This document shows, in pieces, positions 8,553 through 17,289 of a stretch of 64,000 nt of DNA. Position numbers and translations under genes: made by a program. Positions within the stretch are counted from its first letter, which is position 1, and each line of letters begins with the position of its first letter. This DNA is from a virus. The notes beneath the pieces are model-generated. The model saw only the letters and a list, made by a program, of their open reading frames with translations, made no database searches and was not told the origin of the DNA. The stretch lies in the IMG/VR virus record IMGVR_UViG_3300027970_000001, positions 75,211 through 139,210 of that record. One strand, given 5' to 3'.

Positions 8553-10006
8553 CGTCGGCTCAGCGGCTTGTACGGCTCATCGAACGAGCGGTTCGGCGTG
8601 AAGCGGCGCCGGCTGTTCTTGGCAAGCTCTCTGGCCGCGTCGAAGTCGTTCACGCTTGTTGGGTTGACGCCGATGTCGGTGAAGACTTGCTTCCAGAAGG
8701 TCACCTCTTCGGGGAACTTGAAGTTCGTACCGGATTCGTGCTTGCTGGCGTAGCCTGGGGTGCGGTTGGTTGCGCCCTTGATCTGCTTGATGGCCTGGCC
8801 TCGGTCGAAACGTGCCAGCTCAGCCGGCGTTGTACCCAGGCGCTCCAGCTCCGCGCGACTTCGTGGCTCCTCGACCACGCTGTAGAACGACGAGTCTACC
8901 TCAAGCGTGAAGCGAGGCTTGTCGTTTCTGTCTCGCAAGCTCCAAATCTCAATCCTGCCGTCGACCACGGCCTTGATGTAGCCCATGCCTTTGTCGCCTA
9001 CGCAGTGCTTCATGCGCGTGCCCTCGGCCCGCAGGTCCGAGGAGCGCAGCTTGATGAGCCGCCAGGGCGCCTGCTCGATGAGGACGCCCTTGGTCACGCC
9101 CATCTGCCGAAGCTCGTCGGCGGAGAAGGTGGCGATCTCTTCTCGATCGATGCTTCCGCCGCCTTCGATGGCCTTGTAGTAGTCGCGGATTTTCTCGACG
9201 ACTTCCGAGCGGTCTTCGTCGTCGTCGGCCTCCGACCACGACGCGGCTAGCTCGATGAGATCATCCCTGGTCGGGGGCGTCAAGGTCAGCTTGCTCCTGA
9301 GCTGCTCCTTTTCGTCTTGAGCCACGATCTCGACGGCTGAGCTGATGAAGCTTCGGATTGCCTCGTCAGGGTCGCGCTTGATCAACTCACGCAGGTAGTC
9401 CTTGATGATGTCGTGGCAGAACTCCTCAAAATCATTTTCTTTCGCCACGATTGAGACGGATTGGTACCCGTCAGTATGTCCGCCCTGCTCCTGGATGACG
9501 CTGGTGCCTTCTGACCAGTCGATGCTGACGCCGATATTTTCGTAGAACTCCTCGGCATACGAGGCCGGCACCATTCCACAGTTCTCAAAGAGTTGGCTCT
9601 CGTCGAGCCATACGCTCTCGCGTGGAGTGAAGCTCCACTCAAACCCGTATCCTGCCCGTCGCAGTCCCCCGTCGGATTTGAACTCGAAGATTCCGGCCTC
9701 GCCCCGACGCCGCTGATTCATCCGAGCCTGGTATGCCAGCGCCTCCTTCACGCTGTCCTCGGGGACGTGGCTTAGGTCGGGACTGCTCTGCTCCATCACC
9801 TCATCGAAAAAGTTCGAGTCGTATCGGACGATGTCTTCGATCGAATACTCCTCGGTTTCGCAATGGAGTTGGTCCAGGTCCAGCCTTGGCGCGAACTCTT
9901 CGATCTTGCTCTCGATGTCCTCGCGTAGCTCTTCGTCGCCCGCGGCAAGAGCCGCCTCAACCTGATCTCTTGAAGTGGCATCGCTCAGCAGCATCACATC
10001 CTCCAT
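8549..10006 (-). CDS. acidic protein with C-terminal PcfJ-like domain
   Basis: LRAEGTRMKHCVG...IWSLRDRNDKPRFTLEV...QIKGATN; ends LAKNSRRRFTPN. Confidence 0.7.
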   Translation of the reverse strand: MEDVMLLSDATSRDQVEAALAAGDEELREDIESKIEEFAPRLDLDQLHCETEEYSIEDIVRYDSNFFDEVMEQSSPDLSHVPEDSVKEALAYQARMNQRRRGEAGIFEFKSDGGLRRAGYGFEWSFTPRESVWLDESQLFENCGMVPASYAEEFYENIGVSIDWSEGTSVIQEQGGHTDGYQSVSIVAKENDFEEFCHDIIKDYLRELIKRDPDEAIRSFISSAVEIVAQDEKEQLRSKLTLTPPTRDDLIELAASWSEADDDEDRSEVVEKIRDYYKAIEGGGSIDREEIATFSADELRQMGVTKGVLIEQAPWRLIKLRSSDLRAEGTRMKHCVGDKGMGYIKAVVDGRIEIWSLRDRNDKPRFTLEVDSSFYSVVEEPRSRAELERLGTTPAELARFDRGQAIKQIKGATNRTPGYASKHESGTNFKFPEEVTFWKQVFTDIGVNPTSVNDFDAARELAKNSRRRFTPNRSFDEPYKPLSRR

Positions 10007-10236
10007 TCCCAGCCGGGACCAAGCGGCAGGTTGTCATACCGGGGGTCGACAATTAACAGACCTCGGTCTAGCGGGATGAGCCTGGCCGAGTAGCGTCCGG
10101 TGAGCGTCACAAGCTCGCGTTGAACGCCAGCGGCACGGGGCTGGATGCGGAGGAAGGCGGATTCAGGGAAGCAGATCTTCCCATCCGCATCCACCGTCTT
10201 CACGGGAGGCGCAGCGCCGAGGTACCTGTAGGTCAC
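9994..10236 (-). CDS. small hypothetical protein (MTYRYLG start)
   Basis: TGa-TACCAT 6 nt upstream of the GTG. Confidence 0.5.
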   Translation of the reverse strand: MTYRYLGAAPPVKTVDADGKICFPESAFLRIQPRAAGVQRELVTLTGRYSARLIPLDRGLLIVDPRYDNLPLGPGWEWRM

Positions 10237-10397
10237 CCGGCGATGGTATCAGAATCGATCGCTTGCGCGAGCCTGTCAGTCGCCTTGACCTCGCAGGGGA
10301 TGGCTGCACAATCAATCGGAGACAACTCCCGCGGGTGATCTCGTCACCCTGCATCGGAGGCCCCGACTCCACCTGCCAGGGTGGGATCGGGGCCGTC

Positions 10398-10598
10398 TCA
10401 TTTTTGGCGGTCAGAGTCCTGCTCGACATGCCGGCAGCATGCGGGGCAAGTGGGCCTTCGTCGCTCAAATCCGAGCTTGAAGTCCGCCCAGACCGAGCAG
10501 CTCGTGAAACAGCCCCCGCGCAAAATCTGGGGCGGAGTGGCCTGCTCCTGGGTCAGGTGCCACTCCTCTCCAAGCTTGACGCATTGGTAGTCAATCAC
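10398..10598 (-). CDS. small Cys-rich hypothetical protein
   Basis: Coupled to the upstream ORF; TCPACC. Confidence 0.4.
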   Translation of the reverse strand: MIDYQCVKLGEEWHLTQEQATPPQILRGGCFTSCSVWADFKLGFERRRPTCPACCRHVEQDSDRQK

Positions 10599-10849
10599 GG
10601 GCCGCGCCCATCCGAGGTCGCCTGGACCGCTCTGATCATCGTGTTCGGAACGACTCGCCGCATCTTCCTGATGGGCGGCTCGCCCTCGTCACGGAACACG
10701 TTGATCAGGGTTCCTGGCGCGACTTCGTACTCGATGGTCGCGGTGCCGTGAACGAAGTCGACCTCAAGCACATCAGCTTCGATCGGCTCAAAGAGCGGAG
10801 CGCAGTAGAGGAACTTCAACGGCGCCTCCCGCTGCCCTGGGTGAGCCAT
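10595..10849 (-). CDS. hypothetical protein
   Basis: Beta-rich coding-like sequence in a minus-strand run. Confidence 0.5.
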   Translation of the reverse strand: MAHPGQREAPLKFLYCAPLFEPIEADVLEVDFVHGTATIEYEVAPGTLINVFRDEGEPPIRKMRRVVPNTMIRAVQATSDGRGP

Positions 10850-11094
10850 GCCGGAATCATCGGCTCCATCTTGGATTCGATGCCCAGCTCGACCAAGCGC
10901 TTTCGCTCGGCAAGCGCCTCAGCAAACGTCAGAGACGTCCGGTGGCGCTCCTGGCCATCCGGCGTTTTCCATACAATCTTCATGTCCCTCTTGTCGAACA
11001 AGCTCGCCATCGGTCGCTCCATGACTGGTCGTTGGCGTCGAGTGTGTCGCAAGTACATTGGTCGCGCAAGGGGGTCGATGGGTTGTCTTTGCAA
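10816..11094 (-). CDS. hypothetical protein (start uncertain)
   Basis: Fills the gap in the minus-strand run. Confidence 0.35.
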   Translation of the reverse strand: MQRQPIDPLARPMYLRHTRRQRPVMERPMASLFDKRDMKIVWKTPDGQERHRTSLTFAEALAERKRLVELGIESKMEPMIPAWLTQGSGRRR

Positions 11095-11108
11095 TCGCCG
11101 CTAGGCGC

Positions 11109-12026
11109 TCAGGTCCACCAGCCGTATCGGGTGGACCACTCGGCCATGACAGCGCGCTGGGCAGAGTCGGTGCTCTGCTCGGACCAAATGGCAGCGCCAT
11201 TGAAGGCTGCCGGGGGTCCGCCAAGGATTCGCTGGATGTCGCCGTTGAGCTGAGCCGCTCCGGTTCCGGGGGACGTGGTGTCGTAGGTCGCCATCGAGGG
11301 CACGAGCGTCGGGAGCAGCTTCGTCCACTCGCTGACAGACTGGTCGACGCCCTCCTGAGTGCCTGCTGTGTTGTAGAGCATCGGCGAGCCCCAGTCGGCC
11401 TTCTTGAACAGGTCCCACGCCAGCGTCGGGTGGTAGGAGGGGATGGGGTAGCTGACCATTCCCAGCGTCCGGTTGTTGCTGAGACCTGCCTTGGTGGTGG
11501 AGATGAGCGCATCGAGCGCCTCGGGGTGGCCCTTGTAGGACGCCTCGATGTCCAGCATCACGCCGCCCGCGCCAATGGCCATGCAGTAGTTCAGAGCCTG
11601 GTTGGCCGCCGCGGTGCTCTGCGCCACGCTCGCTGCCCGCGCGTCACCGGGGAAGGTCCAGACCCACAGGTCGATTTCGGGAGACAGGACGGCCGCGTAC
11701 GCCTGGATGGCCTCGATGGAGACCGTGTAGCCGTCCGACGCCTCGACCATGAACGAGACCCACTCGGCCTTGGCCTCACGGCACCGCTGAAGCAGTGCCT
11801 GCGCCGCCTCGGTGCCTCCGCTGATGCGGCGAAGGTAAAAGCCGAATCCCTGCGGGCCAATCTTCGCCTTGGGAGGTGAGGCAGTCTGAGCGTCGTACAG
11901 GGCAGAAGCCCCGATCAGCTCGCCTGGGAGTGCTGCGCACATGTCGATGGCCTCGGCCTGCGAGGCCGCCTCGACCGTGAAGGCTTCGAGCTTGGTGGAG
12001 GAGCGCAGGACGCGGTACAGGGACAT
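11109..12026 (-). CDS. TIM-barrel glycoside hydrolase (GH25/GH18-like), possible cell-wall hydrolase
   Basis: GVMLDIEASY (DxE), WVWTFP, PMLY, AIWSE; TGg-TAGACT 6 nt upstream. Confidence 0.55.
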   Translation of the reverse strand: MSLYRVLRSSTKLEAFTVEAASQAEAIDMCAALPGELIGASALYDAQTASPPKAKIGPQGFGFYLRRISGGTEAAQALLQRCREAKAEWVSFMVEASDGYTVSIEAIQAYAAVLSPEIDLWVWTFPGDARAASVAQSTAAANQALNYCMAIGAGGVMLDIEASYKGHPEALDALISTTKAGLSNNRTLGMVSYPIPSYHPTLAWDLFKKADWGSPMLYNTAGTQEGVDQSVSEWTKLLPTLVPSMATYDTTSPGTGAAQLNGDIQRILGGPPAAFNGAAIWSEQSTDSAQRAVMAEWSTRYGWWT

Positions 12027-12032
12027 TGGTCA

Positions 12033-12041
12033 AGTCTACCA
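12033..12041 (-). promoter_or_regulatory. extended -10 (TGg-TAGACT) 6 nt upstream of ATG 12026
   Basis: Forward agtctacca. Confidence 0.6.
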
Positions 12042-12133
12042 AAGCCGCGCGGCAATGGCAGCTTGACTGACGCGTGCGCCGCTTCGAGAAGACCGCGTCA
12101 CCGACGGCGGCGCGAGGTGCGCCAGTCAGGCGT

Positions 12134-13006
12134 TCATTCATCGAACCTTGGGGGAACCGGGATCGTGTTGCCTCTGATCTGGCAGTCGACGGCAACGAGC
12201 CGGATGTCATTCGATGAGAATCGCATCTCGCACTCTTGCGGGATGTCCTCGCTCCGCGCGCCCTGCTTGATAGCCGCCTGCACGATGCTGAACTGGCTCG
12301 GCGAGAGATTCAGGTACTTCTTTGCAGAAGCGGTGAAGCCGACCAGGGGCATGCAGACGCCGCCGTCCCACCAGTCGTCCACGGCGAACGTAGACCGCAG
12401 ACGGGTCTCGACAAACTGAGCCAGCTCGTACCTGCGCTCGGGAGTGTTCCAGCGCCGGTTCAGGTCATCCCGCTGCTCGTTGACCATCTGCTTCCAAGGG
12501 CCTCCGTGCGAGAGCGACTGGATGTCATCAGGGGGCTCTACGCCTAGCGTTGCGCACAGGTCGCCGAGGTCTTCCGACGCCCGATCCCATCCATCGGCTT
12601 CGGCATCCTCCCAGTTGTTTTCCCAGATGTCGCCGGGGAATCCTGTCCATTCGAGGGTCAAGAGCAGCACGTCCGACGCATCGCCGTCTTGGGCCGCAAC
12701 GAGGAGTCCGCGCATCGACGAGAACAGCCACATGGCTCGCGAGCGGCTGATCACGAAGCTGACCCATTTGCCGCTCGGATCGCTTGGCCCTCCTCCAAGC
12801 CCCACGATCCCCGTCTCAGATCGAGACTTGAGCCCCTGCTTGAATACTCGGTCGCGGTTGGTGGTGACGTGGAAGAAGCCCGCGTCGTCTTCGGGGCAGT
12901 AGTCCTCTAGCACAGTTCCCTCGACCCAGTTGTATGGGTCGAGCAGGAACGTGGCGTCGCGAGGCGGGATCGGATTGCGGCGGGGCCGGCGCGAGGTGCG
13001 CTTCAT
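12134..13006 (-). CDS. tagged protein with ART-like N-terminal domain
   Basis: MKRTSRRPRRNP tag; FFHVTT...VFKQGLKSR...VSF. Confidence 0.6.
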   Translation of the reverse strand: MKRTSRRPRRNPIPPRDATFLLDPYNWVEGTVLEDYCPEDDAGFFHVTTNRDRVFKQGLKSRSETGIVGLGGGPSDPSGKWVSFVISRSRAMWLFSSMRGLLVAAQDGDASDVLLLTLEWTGFPGDIWENNWEDAEADGWDRASEDLGDLCATLGVEPPDDIQSLSHGGPWKQMVNEQRDDLNRRWNTPERRYELAQFVETRLRSTFAVDDWWDGGVCMPLVGFTASAKKYLNLSPSQFSIVQAAIKQGARSEDIPQECEMRFSSNDIRLVAVDCQIRGNTIPVPPRFDE

Positions 13007-13024
13007 GCCGACGAGGCTACCGCA

Positions 13025-14986
13025 TCAACGACGGCGGCGCGAGGTGCGCTTGGAGGTGCGGCGGTTCTTGGTGATGACCGGATCTGCCGGATCGAACGTA
13101 CCCTCGTTCGGCCCCGACCCAGCGATGACTTCGCCAGCCATCGCTCCGAGCCCCGACTGTTTGATGGGGCCAGCGGCGGCGGACTTCGCCTGCGTGGGAC
13201 TGAACCACACGTAGAGCGTGGCCGACTTCTTACGGCCACGGCCGAAGTTGTCGTTGTAGTAGTCGACCACGTCGTGGACGATTAGTCCGTCAGCGCCCTG
13301 TTCGCGGGCCTTGGCGATCCACTTTTCGGTCCCTCTCCACTCCTTGCCGCCCCAGTCGATGGAGAGCGGGCTCTGGATCGACAGGTAGAGCGGGATTACT
13401 CCTGGCTCGGCGTTCTGGTAGTCCCAGGCCCGATTCGCATCGGCGTAACTTGCCGCCATCGCGTAGCTGTCCGTCGCGAAGAAGGCGTCGCCGCGCATTG
13501 GGCTGCGCCGGAAGCCCTCGGAGAAAATGCCCCGGCCGTCGGGCGTGCCGTGGTAGACGACCAGAGGCGCATTACCCTTGCGGCGGTCCCTGACCTTGCT
13601 GTCCTTGAACCAAGCCTTAAAGGATGGCGTCTCGGTCATGCCGGGGTTCCGCAGGATGCTCAAGTCGTCGGGATCGAAGGTGCCCACGTTGTCGGTGGCC
13701 GACTTGATCTGCCGAGGGTCGAAGACAACGTACTCGTCGTATCCGTGGACCGAAACGATCACGCCGTCGATGCCCGCAGCAGCCATGCCACGGATGACGT
13801 CCTCTTCCGTAAAATAGACCTTGAACGCTGCGGAATCTGCGAGGAACAGGAACGCCCTGCTGGGGTCAGCGAGGCACTCGCGCATCAGGCGTCGATGGTC
13901 TTCCTTTGCGTCGTATCCGCTTGGGAAGCGAGTCGTCTTGATGGCAGAGAAGAACCGGCGGATCTGATCGGCCGTCATCTCGCCTCTTGTCGGCCGCTCG
14001 ATTCGCAGGTAGGTGGCAATCTTGCGCCCGCTGTCGCCGTGGAAAGCCCTCAGCGTGGTGGGATCTGCGCTGAAGTAGAACCCAGGCCCGAACCTATCCA
14101 TGCCAGGCGTCGCCGGTCTTTTGAACACGTCAAAGTCGCCCCGGGTGCCGTGGTACAGAACCAGCGGCTCACCGTTCTCATCAACGACCTTGCTGTCCCC
14201 GAACCAGCGGCGGAACGCCGGGTTGTCGAGCGGGCTCGGTCCGTTGCGATCCATCTCGTTTGAGGTGCCGATGATGAGCGCGTCGATGAACCGCTGGCCG
14301 CGTTGGACAGCCAGCGTCACCCGATGATGCCCATCGTGGACGTACCACACGTCTTCGCCCACCACGGGGAAGTGCCCGTCGAGGAACGGGTACTTCTCCT
14401 CGGGGTAGTCGACTTCTTCGACCTCGCCGGGGCCGTCGAGGATAACTGGAGGCAGCTCGTAGCCCTCGTCCTCAAGCTCGGCCAGCTCGTCGATGCGCTC
14501 TTGGCGGATGGGGTTGATGAAGGGGGATGCGATCTGACTCACCGGCACGCGCTGGATAGCGAAACCCCGCGCGTACTGCGGGATCTGCCCGTACTCCTCG
14601 TCCCACGGAGGGTTTTTCGACATCGCAGACGAGCGGACCCACGCGGCGCCCGATCCACTCTGATCTTTGCTGGCCTCGATGGGTCCATAATCTGCGATTG
14701 CCGCGGAAAGCAGCTTGGAGGCCACCCCCGTCCGCCTGAAGGAAGGAACCACGTACACGTTCGCTGCGATGGGCGCTTGGCCTGTTCGCTCCACAATCTG
14801 CAACGCTCCGATCGGCTCTCCATCCGCGTACATCACGTACCTGACGCTACGACCGAAATAAGAGTGCTCGCCCAGGAACTTGGCGATGCCGCGGGCCACA
14901 GGGCGGCCCTTCTCTTTTCCGATCTGAGCCACACCGCTCGGGCGACCGACAAGGTACTCAAGTCCTTCGTTGTACTCTTCGCTCAT
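13025..14986 (-). CDS. polyvalent protein: GNAT + ParB-like + two ART-PolyVal-like domains
   Basis: VYVVPSFRRTGVASKLL; DGHHRV; LYHGT..F..F...GPGFYF...EYVVFDPRQIKS; VYHGT...AFFATDSYAMAASY; ATG overlaps the upstream TGA. Confidence 0.85.
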   Translation of the reverse strand: MSEEYNEGLEYLVGRPSGVAQIGKEKGRPVARGIAKFLGEHSYFGRSVRYVMYADGEPIGALQIVERTGQAPIAANVYVVPSFRRTGVASKLLSAAIADYGPIEASKDQSGSGAAWVRSSAMSKNPPWDEEYGQIPQYARGFAIQRVPVSQIASPFINPIRQERIDELAELEDEGYELPPVILDGPGEVEEVDYPEEKYPFLDGHFPVVGEDVWYVHDGHHRVTLAVQRGQRFIDALIIGTSNEMDRNGPSPLDNPAFRRWFGDSKVVDENGEPLVLYHGTRGDFDVFKRPATPGMDRFGPGFYFSADPTTLRAFHGDSGRKIATYLRIERPTRGEMTADQIRRFFSAIKTTRFPSGYDAKEDHRRLMRECLADPSRAFLFLADSAAFKVYFTEEDVIRGMAAAGIDGVIVSVHGYDEYVVFDPRQIKSATDNVGTFDPDDLSILRNPGMTETPSFKAWFKDSKVRDRRKGNAPLVVYHGTPDGRGIFSEGFRRSPMRGDAFFATDSYAMAASYADANRAWDYQNAEPGVIPLYLSIQSPLSIDWGGKEWRGTEKWIAKAREQGADGLIVHDVVDYYNDNFGRGRKKSATLYVWFSPTQAKSAAAGPIKQSGLGAMAGEVIAGSGPNEGTFDPADPVITKNRRTSKRTSRRRR

Positions 14987-15645
14987 CGGTCTGACCGCTT
15001 TAGGTTCTGCTCCCAGAACTCGTACCCCTTGAGGTACATGTCGACAGGCACGCCGTTGACGCCTACCAGGAACTCGGCGGGCACGGCCTTCCAGATGGCC
15101 ACCACGCCACCAGGGCGCGGCGGGTCGTACAGCCCACGCCCGTGCCGGAAAGAGGCCCCCACGGCGCCTCCCCAGCCTTCCCAATCGTGGGGCACATCAA
15201 ACACGACCCATGACGTGTACTTGTTGTAGCGCGCTCCAGGGTCGCTCGGATCGAACGCGACGAAGAACACCAGATCTGGCGCTTCGCTGTATTGGCCCAC
15301 GCCACGGGGTGAGGCGACGAGGCCCTTGGCGATGATCGAGGAGAGCACGTCGGACTCGGACTTCATGCCCTCGGGCAGCTTCAAGATGCTGTGAACCAGC
15401 CTCGTTGCGTTCGACGGCACCGGAGGCAGAAGAGCGTTCTCTTGCTGCGCATCCATGGCGCCTCGGAGCGCATCGATCATCTTGGTGTTGTCGAAAAGCT
15501 CGTCCTCGGTTAGCCCGAAGACGGGAGCGATGCGCTCGATAAGGTCAAGCGACTGCATCAGGTCGCCCTCGCCTGCCTGCCAGCCGGCGAAGATGGAAGC
15601 GAGGGTGTCGCGGGCGTCGATGTCGATGCTTGCCTGATCAGTCAC
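14983..15645 (-). CDS. hypothetical protein, possible ART-like C-terminal domain
   Basis: After VPSN: RLVHS...SIIAKGL...VFF; GTG start coupled to the upstream stop. Confidence 0.55.
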   Translation of the reverse strand: MTDQASIDIDARDTLASIFAGWQAGEGDLMQSLDLIERIAPVFGLTEDELFDNTKMIDALRGAMDAQQENALLPPVPSNATRLVHSILKLPEGMKSESDVLSSIIAKGLVASPRGVGQYSEAPDLVFFVAFDPSDPGARYNKYTSWVVFDVPHDWEGWGGAVGASFRHGRGLYDPPRPGGVVAIWKAVPAEFLVGVNGVPVDMYLKGYEFWEQNLKRSDR

Positions 15646-17287
15646 GGTGGCTCTTGTTCGGGACGATCCGGCGCACATTCAAGCCAGAATCCCACGTTCG
15701 GAAAGGAAAATCCTTCAAAGGCTCCAGAGGACTGACCGTGTACTTCTTCGGCAGGTCGTCGTAGAAGCTCTTGGGCGGAGTTCCGCCAATCCGCTTGCGG
15801 CTGACGAAGTCGGGCACGAGAACCTGGCGGTACCGGTTCGCGAACGCCCACTCGACCACGATGTTCAGCGCATCCGAGGCGAACGTGGGGAAGTACATCT
15901 CGCGGAGCAGCTTTTGGACTGACTCTGGCTCATCAATAAGCCTGAACTCCATCCACGGCCTGTCAGACTGGATTTCGACGATCACCAGGCCAGTCGGCGG
16001 AGAGACCGCCATTCGCACCCATCCGATGGCGTACTTGACCCTCTCGTCAGGATGGCCGTCTTGTTTGAAGAATGCGTTGTGCAGGTTGTTCGTGACGTAC
16101 TCGCGAGCGTCGTCAAGGTTTACGCGCCACGGCTTTTCAGTCGCCTGCCGCATGGCCTCTTCCGTCACCTCATCGATGACAGCGTTCGGCACGGCCAGCA
16201 CGAGCACGTCCTCTGTTTGAGGTCCGAGCATCTGCGTGCCGTGACCGGAGTGGTAGGTGATGCCGCCGAATACGTCGTACCGAGCGGGCGACAGCGACTC
16301 GAAGCTCATTTCGACCAGCGCCTCGTCGGTCGCCGGAGGGGAGATGCGGAGCACCTCTTTGGTGACGGGATGCTCAAGCAGGTCCGGCCTGTGCTCGGAG
16401 ACCAGCTTCTTCGTCAGCTTGCCGTCCTTTGACTTCAGGTTTGCGATGCGTGCCAGCTTGCTCAAGGCCCACGACCTGGCGGTCCCTGGCTGGAAGTCAC
16501 TCAGGATGAGTTCCGGCGTGCCGACGGTGAGATCGTTTGGGCGGGCGCCCCACCATCCCGCGATCGGAGACGGCGTGTATGTCTCGCGAAGGCCAGCGGG
16601 CACGGGGAACTGTTCTTGACGGAAGCCTTCCTGCTCGTCGTCATCTTCATCATCCGGCGGTGCATCGCCATCTTCGTCTTCGCTTAGATCGTCGACAATC
16701 GTGAATCCGACGCGCGGTTCATCGCCAATGCCCTCGCGCCGCTGGCGGCTCTCGGCAGTAAAAGAGACTCCAGCGCCTTGCCGGACAACGGAGCGCGGTG
16801 GAAGGCGGGCTCCGCTTGGAACGTGGGACACGGCTCCGATGGTCGACTGAGCGCCGATCACGCATCCCGAGCCGACCTCGGCGCCATCGCCGATGGTCGT
16901 CATGTCCCCGATCTGAGCATCCTCTCCGACGTATGCTTCAGCCCCCACATCGACGCCCATGCCAATGGACGCGTCTTGGCCGATATCGCCGCGGATGTCT
17001 GCGTGAGCCTCGATGCGGGCCCCGTCGTGAATCACGCCTTGCAGAATCGCGGCGATCGCCACCACGCCATCGCCGATGGTGCAGGGCTCCACGATGACAC
17101 ACTGTTCGAGACGGGAGTGGCCGATCGACACGTTGCCGTTCGGCGCGATGATGACGCACCGGTCAAGCTCGGCGCCCCATGAGACCTCTGCTGAGCCTTC
17201 GATGCGCTCCTCGAAGGGCATGGAGTATCGGCGGTTCCAAGCGGGGTCTCGCTTGCGGAAGTCTTCGATGGGGTTGCGGCGTGTCAT
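15638..17287 (-). CDS. left-handed beta-helix (hexapeptide repeat) domain + acidic linker + EIQSD domain
   Basis: MTRRNP start; [IV]GxxAx hexapeptides; GWVRM...VIVEIQSD; ends IVPNKSHRD. Confidence 0.7.
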   Translation of the reverse strand: MTRRNPIEDFRKRDPAWNRRYSMPFEERIEGSAEVSWGAELDRCVIIAPNGNVSIGHSRLEQCVIVEPCTIGDGVVAIAAILQGVIHDGARIEAHADIRGDIGQDASIGMGVDVGAEAYVGEDAQIGDMTTIGDGAEVGSGCVIGAQSTIGAVSHVPSGARLPPRSVVRQGAGVSFTAESRQRREGIGDEPRVGFTIVDDLSEDEDGDAPPDDEDDDEQEGFRQEQFPVPAGLRETYTPSPIAGWWGARPNDLTVGTPELILSDFQPGTARSWALSKLARIANLKSKDGKLTKKLVSEHRPDLLEHPVTKEVLRISPPATDEALVEMSFESLSPARYDVFGGITYHSGHGTQMLGPQTEDVLVLAVPNAVIDEVTEEAMRQATEKPWRVNLDDAREYVTNNLHNAFFKQDGHPDERVKYAIGWVRMAVSPPTGLVIVEIQSDRPWMEFRLIDEPESVQKLLREMYFPTFASDALNIVVEWAFANRYRQVLVPDFVSRKRIGGTPPKSFYDDLPKKYTVSPLEPLKDFPFRTWDSGLNVRRIVPNKSHRD

Positions 17288-17289
17288 GG

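Noticed and set aside
10359-10405. Long GC hairpin as a terminator
   Set aside because: The T-run is on the plus strand while the flanking genes are minus-strand; function unsupported
12098-12136. Selenocysteine or alternative genetic code as the cause of the in-frame TGA
   Set aside because: TGA is the normal stop in most genes here, often overlapping the next ATG, and no SECIS-like hairpin is evident
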